A stretch of DNA of 64,000 nucleotides from Cystobasidiomycetes sp. EMM_F5 (taxonomy: Eukaryota). Below are positions 13,256 through 24,142 of this stretch, one piece after another. Every line of letters starts with the position of its first letter. Within the stretch, counting starts at the first letter, position 1. The stretch lies in the NCBI GenBank assembly GCA_051047955.1, contig JBPGPT010000003.1:372001-436000 (forward strand). The letters run 5' to 3'. A model generated the notes under the pieces. It was not told the origin of the DNA. It did not search any database and saw nothing but the letters and a program-made list of their open reading frames with translations. The position numbers were made by a program, and so were the translations under genes.

Positions 13256-13445
13256 ATGGACCTTTTTGGGTGTTTAGCGAACCGGTCGCTATGCCAGCCA
13301 AGGTCGGGCCAGAGCACCTATGCTTAGATCCGATGATCATACTACAAAGGGGCAGTCGCTACATCATGTTACTTTGCCGAAATCATGAATCTGAGTGTCC
13401 GTCTATGCGAGGCTAAATCAAGGCGAAGTGTCAATTCGTACAAAC

Positions 13446-15517
13446 CTACCTGCCTGTACAGGCCGATGCTGGCACTTGTGCACCGACGCCTGAATATGGA
13501 TTCATGTACGAGCAGCCTGCGATCGCGGTGTACCACCCCGTGGTAACAGACGGTGCAGCTGTGGAAGCGATAGACAGCGGCGTAGGCATGCTTATCGGTA
13601 AGTTAGGCACTGAACCAGTTGTTGTATATCTTGGAAGCCTCGTTGCTGCTGCAATATTGGTCAAGCTAGTTGGTGGCCAGGGACGATTGCTGGAAAGCTG
13701 AGTTGCTCGGATAGAGGATGAAGTTCCGCTGTCGCCAGTCATGGATGCTGCCAGCGTCTTAGTGATTGGTACATTCCTTCCATAGCCCCCTCCAAGTCGC
13801 GAACAAGCTCCTGTGATAGCACCCAATTTAGCTCATGCAGATGCTCTCGAAAGGCTCAATAACGTACCCCTGGCGGCTCGAGGATCGTTAGGCATATACC
13901 CGTATTGCAAGCCACAGGAGTAGCACCACAGTGGGTTATAAGGCAGACCAGATGTTGCGTTTCGCTGCGTCTTCCATGCTGCGGGAGATGCTAAGAATTA
14001 GACCTGACCGAGTTGTGGAAGACCCGTTCAACCCACTCCAAAACATAAAATTCTGGAATGTATCCATATTCGTAAGCGCAAAGCTCTGCAACTGTTGCTT
14101 GAACGAGTCGCTGAATCTTGAAACATCCGTAAAGCCAGAACAGCTTCCGTATGATCTGCCATTGGCATTCGAATGTGTCCCGTCATAGTATGCGCCCTCT
14201 CCAACAGCATTTAAGAAGATGCCGCAATCATTCGGAGCCAAGCTCCACTCTCCTCCGATCGTCAACCCATAATTGAGAGTAGAGGTGTTGAACCCGGGTG
14301 CCCACCATTGGCACGGTCTTCCTATCATTTCTTGCATGCTCGTACCAAAATTGTCGGGAGAGAATGCAAAGTAATAATGGGATTCCAGTCCAATGCGGTC
14401 CGCACCCTCCAAGAAGCCTTCCCATGTGTTTAGACCTACAAACCCATCATGTATAATCATAAAGGGTCCCTTTCCAGCGCCGATGCCGGTAACATCGCGC
14501 ATGACATTGTAGGCTTCGAGGTACAGGGCTCCCAATTGCGGGCGCCCAATTGTCGAAACGCTGTCCGCAGGTTCAATCAGTAAAAGTTGTTTCCCTCAGA
14601 TCGGCCACGCAAATCACGCACTAGGCTTCGTTGATAATATTGAATAGTAAGACATGGCTATATTCGGCTCGCATAAGCAATTGCGTCAGAATGCGAATGT
14701 AATTTAGTGTTCGTTGAGCATTGACGATGCCCATAACTCCGTTCAAGAGGCCGACACTGCCCATCTTGCCACTGTGGTTGAGACCGTTCTGGCTGCCGGG
14801 AACGCTATGCAAATCCAGTGATACACGAAGGCCATATTTACGTGCCCATTCTGGGATCAGCAGCTTCGATAAGTATCGACACGATCACACCTGGCGAAGC
14901 GACTCACCAAACGCTTGCAACATGTAGTTCCAAGCTACACCCTCTAGGTACGGCTCACCCTCGACAGTATCGATTGCCCAGTAAGGGACTGGTATCCTAA
15001 CCCAATTGAGTCCTGCTGCTGCGATGGCTGCAAAGTCTTGCTCTGTGATGAATGTCTCGTAATGGTTGGTCAAAACCTGTCCTAGCCTATCACCAAGCGC
15101 TTGTGACAGCGTGTATTCATCCACGGCGCGTGGATTACTGTTTTGGTACGGCAAGTACAGTTCAGGCGTGATAAAGGGCTCGGTGAGAAGCCAACCTCCG
15201 ACGTTGACTCCATACGTTTTGTTGGTGTTCCAATCCCAGGGTTCGTTCAAAGCAGGGGACCAGCTTTGAGCTCGCGCGCTGAAGCTGCCAGACTGCGAAT
15301 CCCAGGTGCCTCCAAATGGGTTCGTATAGGCGAACGTAGAGCCATTACGCAAAGTCACGACCGACCCGGTGCTGCCAGTAGTGGCTATCTGCCGCTTGGG
15401 CGAATGCCTTCGAACCTCGTGGAACGACTGATGCAAGGGTAAAATTGACGACATCGTTGCGAACGCTGCGAGACTGATGGAAACGGTGGACAGGACGACA
15501 ACCAAAACTTGGACCAT
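13446..15517 (-). CDS. Secreted GH5 exo-beta-1,3-glucanase-like protein
   Basis: Hydrophobic N-terminus; YGVNVGGWLLTEPFITP, ITEQDFAAIAAAGLNWVRIPVPYWA, INE catalytic region, IGGEWSLAPNDCG; last exon uncertain. Confidence 0.9.
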
Positions 15518-16192
15518 GCGATGAGATTTAGGACGGTTGCCGGTATGCAACACGCCCATATCGAGCGTGTCCTTGCAGCAAATACTGTGCGACAAGCGCC
15601 ATGTTTGAGCCTCGTTGTCGTAAACTGGCATTGCCTTGCCGCTGTAAAATGCTTGCCAGTGACCCGAGAAATGGAAGGGGCAATGATGAACTGATGAAGG
15701 ATGACGACTGATGCTGCGAGAGAAATGAGAGTGCGGTGAGAAAAAGAGAGAATGGCGAACTTAGTACATAGATGCGGTGTGAACGAGTCTGCGACCTGCG
15801 CGAATACGCTGGTTTGGCCAAGGAGGCCATTCGCCACCGCCGGCCGCCATCTAAAAGCTTGGGTCTTGCCTACTTACAGATGAGTACTTCGAGCTGCGAG
15901 CTTTAAGACGAAGGAAATGATTTTGACAACATATCTCACTTGGTACGCTCTTCATCCATTTGCGGTGTACACGAATTACCGGTTGTCCGTATGTCTGCAA
16001 TGTACGACAATGTCTCAAGTTGGTAGATCTGGACAAGACACCGTGAATATGCTACAAAAGTTTACGGGCTGCTTGATTCCTCTGTCGCTATCTCGCTAGA
16101 GAGCGTTTTCGCTCATCGATTATTTATTTTTGTGCTATATCTGACGTAGTCTCGAAAGCTACTGGTTGGTGCTTTTCATTATATATTGCCCT

Positions 16193-18425
16193 TCACACAT
16201 CACGAAGAGTCGTTTCGTCGCTCGAAGGACGGACAGCTTGAGGCACGGGCTTCGTATATCCGCCGTTTGCGGTTTTCTCGCTTTTGCTACCTGCGTGTTC
16301 GACGCGTTCCTGTTGCGAGGCATATGGCTTGCGCTTCTCCATGGCTTCTGACTGTTGCAACACATCAGTGCGGCTTGTATAGCCGGCTGGAACCCAGGAT
16401 CTACTGGTCCAAGGCTTGCAATTCTGTGAAATGGCATTTATTAGAATTGCAAGCAGAAATTAGATGTGACATTACCGGATCATTGTACTGTGAGATGATG
16501 AAGGTCAGATACATGCGATAACGCAGCATTACTAAGCTCACCATCTGGTCAACAGCCTCCAGCGTGATACCCGAACTTTCGTAGAGGAAGAAGTAGACAA
16601 TGACAGCGCCGGCCAAATTACAGGATGCGAAAACGAAGCCGTATCGGTAGCCAATGTCTCGCGTTATGAAGGTCGTAAAGAAGGCAAGAAGGAAGTTCTG
16701 CATCAATGTCCGTTAGATTGCGTCACGATATGGGTACGAACGAATAGAGCGACTGACCCATAGCCAATTCGATGACGTTGACAGAGCGCCTTGCTTGGCT
16801 CGCGTGGCGGTCGGGAACGTCTCACCGACTGTACATGGTCAGCTGTTGCAATACACAATTAGGTCGTAGACTCCGTCTCAGCTTACTGATGATCCACACG
16901 CCCGGAGCCCAAGTCGATGCGTAGCCGAAGATGAACAGACATGCCGAGACGATCATGAGATCTCCGATTGATTTGGATGTCGCTGGATCTTTAGCCGTCC
17001 CAGCAGCAGCAAACACGAAAAGCCAGGCCGACTGCCATACACCTCCAATAATGAGCGGCATGCGGCGACCAAATCTTTCCATTACCTTCACTTTCACGTT
17101 AGCTTCGCTTGACTTGGCGACCGGCATAATGACTAACCCATAGGCCAAAGAATGTGCAGATAAAGTTTACCGCGCCCAAAATAATCTGTGTCACGAAAGA
17201 ATCTGCGATTCCCACTGATTGAAAGATGGTGGCTCCGTAATAGAAGAAGCTGGGATAAACAAAGCCCGCTCAGCCCAAGACATGCTTTGCCTGCCAAAGC
17301 TGCCTACTAGTTTGCTCCCGTAAGCTGTTGGAACATCTGTAATGTCATTCCCAAGAAAGTGCGATAGCGTGTCTTGTTGGCCGCCCGGAAACAGTCTACC
17401 CATCCCCTCTTGCCAATCTTGCGCGAAAAGTCGATGGCGTCCTTCTGTTCGTTGTACATCGCTACAACCTGCGGGTCGTTGACTTCACGGTAAGACGTCA
17501 GCACTTGCCCAGCATGTCCGAATGCAGGATGTACTACACGTACGGTCTTTGGTCGACCGGACCCGGGCAATTGCTCGCTTGGCATCCTCGTCACGTCCCT
17601 GGGCTAACAGCCAGCGGGGAGATTCTGGCATTGTTTGTATACCAATACCGAGTATGAGAGCAAAGACGATGCCGATAGCGATGGGCACTCTCCAAGTTCC
17701 ACTACTCTGTGTGTTACCGATTGATCGCGTTCCAATGCAGATGGCGTAAGCGACGAGAATTCCCGCGGTGATGAACAGCTGGTATGTCGCAGTCAGTGAT
17801 CCTCGGATAGCTTTCGGCGCCGTCTCTGCCTGATAGAGCGGTACTGCTGCGGACAAAGCTCCAACGCCTAGACCTGCAACGAGTCGACCAATAGCAATCT
17901 GATACCAGGCGTTCATGGCAGTTACTTGTATGATCACACCGATGATAAACACCACACATTCGATGCTCATCGCCCAACGACGCCCAAACGTGTCTGCAGT
18001 TGGTGCACCAGCCAGCGCGCCGATGAGCGTCCCTATAGACAGGAGGCCGACAATTAAGCCTTCGATGCTGGTGGAGAAAGCGCAACTAGCAGGGTCGGCG
18101 GTCGCGCACGATCCAAAGCTGCCCAAAAACAACGCGTGAGCTGACGGCAACCAGGCGCTGCGCATTCACCTACCGCTGAAGGAAGTCTGGCATGATTAGA
18201 ATATCGGAAATTTGACCAGTATCGTAGCCTGTCATGATGCCAATTTAGCCCGAGATTATGTTCAGCTTGCTCATGCCGTACCAAAGATGAATCCGCCCAT
18301 CGAGGCCACCTTAGAGAGAGCATAGAGGCAATTTTGGTGCGGTTCATTGCAGATTTCTCAGCACATGCACTCACCCCTGCGATGAGGAAGGTGAAGGGAG
18401 TCAAAACCTCCCCACGGATCTGCAT
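16193..18425 (-). CDS. MFS sugar porter (hexose transporter)
   Basis: [52 protein letters not shown] motifs. Confidence 0.93.
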
Positions 18426-19146
18426 CTTGTCGCGTTGCTACGGATTTGCGACAGTCTGAATCATGGGGGCAGCGAGGTTATCAGCTGCCTGTGCTCATTG
18501 GCTCGAGAAACATAACCAAAACTTGTTGCGGGGATTTGGAATTGTACGGTTGCCGGTGTGGGATATTGTGTGGGAGATGCGAGCAATCAGACAATCGTTA
18601 GTACCTACAGATTGCGCGTACTTATACGGTGGACGGAGTGAGAAGGTAAGCGAGTAAGGCAAGTGCAGAGGAGCAAGAGCCGCAAGCCGTCACTTTCTGA
18701 GCGATTTCTCTCTTCGGCTTATTTGCCTAATTTCTCGGGCCGCATTCTGTCACTCCATCGACCTCGCCGGCGCGGACGTCATGTGCATGGAAATGACGAC
18801 ATCCAAGGCAAAATACGACGCCTCCTCTTCTGTAACGTTAGCTGCAGTATCGCACACTACCCTACCTTTGCGTGTGTTGCGCAACGGAATGCAATGGATC
18901 ACTACCTCTGAAGCACCCAATCTTGCGAGCCGTAGTCGGAGGTTCATCCATGGCATACTTGGAATGTGGAATGGAGAGCGAGCAATCAGAGTAGTTTTTG
19001 CTAGCCTGAGCCTGTGTGCTACAGATAGATTGCTGCTCGAAGCATTAACAATCCGTTGTGCGCGCATTGTTTGAGCTGAATGCATTATTTGCTGAATGGG
19101 AAAGCAGCCTCACTTAGACCTGATTTGACTGAAACCAACACACAGT

Positions 19147-21111
19147 ATGCCACTACCGTTCGGAGTGTCAGACAAGGTCTCAGCCTTAAGAAATGCAGAC
19201 TGGAAGACTGAACTACAGCCCAGCTCGTTGAAAGGCCGAGCACAAGGCCTGCAAGATCGCTTCTCGAGCGCAAGCAGCACTGGAAGCGGAAACGTCCATC
19301 CACGACCTGCCCTGGAGAACGACGGCAGTGCTCCACCTCGACGTGTTCTAGCACCACCTCCGGGCGGTTCCATTGCTCCGAGGTCCATCCCTCCTCCGCC
19401 TGCGCGGTCAGCATCGGGATCATCCAACCACAGCGCCTCTGCTGCAGTTCCATTACCTCCAAGGCGGAACCCCGTCAATTCACCACCAGCAGTAGCTGCT
19501 GCAGTTCCTGCTGCTCCTGCCCGGCGAAGTCTACCCAGTCCTGCCGAACCTGCACCTGCTTACGAAGATAACCATTCATCCGCATACGGAGCTCAAGGAC
19601 TTGCCCAGTATAGCGACGGTAGTACCTACGCGCGGCCGCGTATCGATTGGCAAAACATGTCAAATCAGGACAAGAAAGCGCTCTTTGCTGGTCTGGATAA
19701 CGTGAGCAGGTGACACATCGTACAAGCGGATCGTATACTGAATAGTGCTGTGCTCCACAGATATTCAAGTCAGCTTCAGCGCCAAAGACTGCTCTACGCG
19801 TAGATCCGCGAGCTGATATTGTGCAGCCGCCAGTAGCGCCGTCGCCTCGCGTCACTAAGCAATACGTGAACAGTTCAGATAACAGCAGGACAAGAACAAC
19901 TAGCTCGCAACTGGTGCGTACTCATAGACTGCATCGTTCAATCTCATTTGCAGTAGCTGACAGTGACTGTATCATCGGCAGCACCCAAAGCGATCGTCGG
20001 GCAAGCCAGACGTGCACTCTTCAGCATCATTACCTTCTTACCCTCTCTCGTATCCCCCACCTTCTCAGACAGCGTCGCACGCCCAGGATGTAGCCGAGTA
20101 TTTCTCTTCGGCAAATCAGTGGCGCGAACCGTGGTTTACAAAAGCCACTCCTCTCCCTCCGCCTTTGGACAATCGATCAGATATGACCTGGACCTCATCG
20201 TGGACACAGATCGGTCCTTCAAAAACCGTTGTAGGAACTGCTCTCTTCTGTGATTTGTCTGTTGTATGGTGGAAGGTCGAGTGGAATGTAACCCAAGAAC
20301 GCAGTGCAGGCTTGGTCCAAACTGCAACGAGGTCCGCAAAGTACCTCGGTAGACCGGCTCCGCTTGGAAAGGAAGAGCTCTGGGCGGCGACCTCTTCTTA
20401 TGGTGAACAAGTCGCTATTTTTGCCGAGAATGCAGAAGTCGCTCGGAGGCCAGTTGCGCACGGTCGGTCTGTTTTCCGGTTTCGCAGCAACATGCTGAAG
20501 TGATTAGCATGCAGGAGAATGCTGGGATCTCGCTAGTCAGGGTCTTGCCTCTGTCACTGACCTGGCCGCACCTGTGCCATCCATCACACGAACCCATGGC
20601 TGTCTGCTGTTTAGTGGTACAGCGAATGGAAAGAACTACAAGACCGATCAAACAGGAACATGGCGCGGGGTGAGTCTGCTGAGATGTTTCCTTGGCGCAC
20701 CCAATTGAGTTCCGGGGTGAATCTTCAGGACGATACTTCAATCAGACGGGGCGACATAGTGGAATGGCGTAAAGTCCGCTTGGCCAAACTAGATGGGTCT
20801 GGATATAGTGATCTAGGAGCTCCTGATCATACGGCCATTATCGTTCAAACCTATTTGTCAGCAGACGTATCCGCCGCGCGGGAAGCCAGAGACGGGCAGA
20901 GCCTCCCTCCGTGGGCTGTTGGATCATCGAGGTGATTGAGCAAAGCAAAGGAAAAAATCCCGCTAGAGCATCGTATGACTTGGCTGGGATGCAATCTGGC
21001 GAGATATACATCTACAGACCTGTTGGAATGCAGCATTATGTCGGAGTAGGAGAACTGAGCCCAAATTGGGAGCAGAGGTCGAGTCGTGGGACTATACAGT
21101 ACATCAATTGA
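19147..21111 (+). CDS. Proline-rich protein with Bbc1/Aim3-like C-terminal domain
   Basis: Pro-rich N-terminus; C-terminal GECWDLA, RTHGCLL, IRRGDIVEW, LGAPDHTAII, IEVIEQ motifs. Confidence 0.65.
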
Positions 21112-21160
21112 GCGGCGAACGTATACTGGAGTCCAGTGAGGAGATTCGCAACGATGTAAT

Positions 21161-22041
21161 CTATAATTCAGCAATTTGCGAAGACCCTTTGTATGGAGGC
21201 GGATCTAGGTTGTATTTCGAAGCGATGCTAGGTGGAATAAAGCGCCCGCCAAGGTAGTGTTTGCCTTGAAATGCTTTGCAGCCTTGTTTTGGCGCAGTGA
21301 GCGAGACCAGCACGGCTTTGGAGAATCGCTGTTAGCCGGAGAGACGTCATGACTCAAGCTCGCACTGAAATACACACAAGGTGTGAAAAAGCGACCTTCC
21401 GGATCCCCCTTCTCGACGTCCCATCCGCTCGGAATATCAACGCTGACAATGGGTTTGGTCGTTCTCCGTAATTCGGAAAGTACTGTATCAAAAGGAGGTC
21501 TGGGTTCCCCGCTGAATGAAAACCCAAATACAGCATCCATGACAAGATCACTTTGTTGTAAGGCGTGACAGAAAGCCTGTTCAGTTGCCTCGACGATGGG
21601 AATCGCCAATTGCTGACATTGCTTCTTGAGACTCTGGTAAAATGCATTTCCGCCTTGTTTGGGATAGTAGAGGGACCTGCGGAGCTGTTAGAGAATGTCC
21701 GCACGGGCTTACTGTGAAGCTTACGGTTTGTACCCAAAATGCCAAAGATGACGTGCCGCGACCAACCCGTCGCCGCCCTTTGTTTTAGCGCGAAAAGCAA
21801 AGGTAACCGCTGTCTGAGTCTCAACAAAATAAGAGAGTATGCACGAGCGTACTTGATTGCCGGGTCCACAGCATACTAAGATCCTCGAGAATTGTTTCAA
21901 ATCGGGATAAGCATCTTGTAAAGCCTGAGCACACGATAGTCCAGCGAGTTCCATCAGCTGTTCTAACCTGAAGCCGCCTTCTTCAGACATCAGATCTACG
22001 TCCAGCTGTTGTGCTTCGCGTTGTCCCAGACAGGCAGGCAT
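21161..22041 (-). CDS. NNR1: NAD(P)H-hydrate epimerase (YjeF-N)
   Basis: [56 protein letters not shown]; a longer N-terminus is possible. Confidence 0.93.
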
Positions 22042-22290
22042 TTTTGCGGGGATGATTCGGGTAATGGGACTTTGAGCAGCAAGAGCTTCCAGATTGTGGT
22101 CTCGAAACCGTCTTCTGATCTTAGATGGAGGGGCACGCGGTGCGTCAGAGTCAATCACTTTCGAATGTGCTTCCAGGCCTTACAGGCGAAATTGGTCTGG
22201 TCCCGTTTGAAGTAGCTCGCCAGCTTTTTTCTCTGGTTTCTCTGATCTCGACAACATCCGTCAATCAATTCTCTGGATCTGGATTTGGGG

Positions 22291-22300
22291 TATATATAAA
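22291..22300 (+). promoter_or_regulatory. TATA element upstream of the tRNA gene
   Basis: TATATATAAA located 28-37 nt upstream of tRNA position 1. Confidence 0.6.
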
Positions 22301-22327
22301 ACTAAACCCGACTGTGTAACCTCAATT

Positions 22328-22467
22328 GAGGTTTTAGCTCAGCGGGTGAGCTACCAATGCGCCTTACTCTGTAACGCTATCTAAACCGTTGCTTCGGGTG
22401 CAGTAGAGCGTTCGACTCCAGTGTTTCTGCGATCGATTGGTCACCTGTTCAATCCGGGTAAGCCTCT
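22328..22467 (+). tRNA. tRNA-Trp(CCA) with two introns (58-nt GT-AG intron in D-loop; 10-nt intron at 37/38)
   Basis: Exons 22328-22345, 22404-22421, 22432-22467 join to a 72-nt cloverleaf: acceptor GAGGTTT/AAGCCTC, D stem GCTC/GAGC, anticodon arm TTCGA-CT-CCA-GA-TCGAT, T arm ACCTG-TTCAATC-CGGGT; intact A and B boxes. Confidence 0.88.
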
Positions 22468-22480
22468 ATGGCTACTGTTA

Positions 22481-22513
22481 TTTTTGGGGCGACAATGCAG
22501 TCTACCCTTTTTT
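22481..22513 (+). terminator. Pol III oligo-T terminators
   Basis: T5 at 22481-22485 and T6 at 22508-22513 downstream of the tRNA. Confidence 0.65.
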
Positions 22514-22588
22514 GGGGAAATTGTTTGTTCTTCGAGTCTCAATCCACCCTACCCTTTTTTTGGGAAATTGTATCTTCTTCGAGTCTCA
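22502..22588. repeat. Direct duplication of ~40 bp (period 47)
   Basis: CTACCCTTTTTTGGGGAAATTGTTTGTTCTTCGAGTCTCA (22502-22541) vs CTACCCTTTTTTTGGGAAATTGTATCTTCTTCGAGTCTCA (22549-22588). Confidence 0.85.
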
Positions 22589-22662
22589 CGCGCAGTACTG
22601 CAATCACCCCGTTCGCAACCCGTTGAATGAATCCAACAGACAAAAGCGGAGTAACAACGCTT

Positions 22663-23736
22663 TTATTCTAGCTTCCCGCATCTGCTCTGAATGTACTGCA
22701 TCACTTTCTTTCCTTCTTGGCCTCCTACTCCTGGCGTGTCCTCCGGACGGTCGCTGTGCGGAGAAATCAGTTTAAGATGGCAGGAAAGAGGGGCGCTACC
22801 CTACCCATCTGAGTTCGTTCGTTGTCTGTCTGCACCAGCTTCAATCCTGCCATTATTTTTAGCGTTGGTTTTTCCATTAGTGCTCTAAACTCACAAGACT
22901 ACCGCGGCTTCCGCATGACCGCTCTCAATAGCTGCGGAAGCATTACGAACGAGCTCACACGCAGAGAGAGACGCACTCACCTAAGTGCAATGGTGTATTT
23001 CCAGCCCTATCTTGCAAGTTCAAGCGGGGCTTTTTGACGGAGCCAGTAGATTCAGAAGCCAGGATGAGCTTGATGAATGGGGTCGCTCCAACAGTAGCAG
23101 CTCGATGCCTAGTATGACATGAGCATTGAAAGTGACCGGTCAAGATGTATGCCTTACAGAGGTAACTGCGAGGCAGAGTCCCGGGCGTTGATATCGGCAC
23201 CTCTCTCGATGAGTAGGCGACCAATCTCAAGACGGCCGCGACTGACAAGATCTTTAGCATAGACGTCAGGGTTTCAAGTGAGTCGTATGCTACCTTGCCG
23301 CATAATGAAGCACAGTAATGCCTTTATCGTTCTCCGCAATGACACTGGCTCCGGCTCCAACCAATTCGGTGACAATGTCGGTTGCGCCAGCGCTGGCTAG
23401 AACTAAGGTTAAGCATTGATTGTCTCTAATTGACAGCTGTTCGTACCTGCTATCATTAGAGGCGTCCATCCTAAAGAGTCGCGAGCTTCCACGTCTGGTT
23501 TATGGTGCAAAATGGCCTGCACGGTCTCTAAGGAGCCAGATGTTGAAGCATTGGCCAAAGGCGTCCTTGCATCCTACAATCTCAAGCATCAATTGTACGT
23601 ATAATATTGATGAGGACATCATGATGACGCGTACTGCATCTTTGACATTGAGCAACTCTGGGTTATCGGCCAAGGCCCGTCCGACTAGATGGCTCTGTCC
23701 TTCTCTGGCGGCACGGTGGACGTCAACGGAAGTCAT
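22663..23736 (-). CDS. NAS6: Ankyrin-repeat 26S proteasome assembly chaperone (Nas6/gankyrin-like)
   Basis: VHRAAREG, TPLMIA, HRAATVG, NLQDRAGNTPLHLAIESGHAEAAVVLIEAGADR; final exon ends ...SRCGKLE*. Confidence 0.78.
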
Positions 23737-24142
23737 TTGCTCGTAAGCTTGTCTGGTCAGTCGTTTGCGTTGCCGAAGGAAGTGCAATATGCAAAAAAAG
23801 ATGCACGTGCCCCGATCAATTTTGAAACATCTACAGGAGGCGCGGCGCAGGCTCTTTGGAAAGATATGACGGGCAAATTTAGCTGACGGCAGAGGCTGGA
23901 AGATGACGGCTGTTGACTTCTCTCCAGTTCGGTTTGCAGTCTTGGAAGCGGGACTGCTTTACTGCAAGCTCTCGCAAACAACTCGTTCTCAACGCGACCT
24001 CACTGCTACACGTAGCGCTTGGTCAGACAAAGGCAGCCTACCAGCCACCCTCAAGCTTCTCGAGCGCGCACAACTGGATCATCGTTGACGCTTTCGGTAG
24101 TCGTCAAGACCGGCTTTCTTGCGTCACTGATAGCTCGAAGGC

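Noticed and set aside
22410..22419. GTTCGACTCC as a tRNA B box / T-loop
   Set aside because: It is the Trp anticodon arm; the real T-loop is TTCAATC at 22448-22454
22300..22900. Sm-class snRNA or telomerase RNA (ATTTTTGG site, hairpins, CTACCCTACCC template-like motif)
   Set aside because: 22328-22467 resolves as a tRNA and the T-run is its terminator; 22663-22900 is NAS6 exon and intron sequence, and the repeat is an intron donor region
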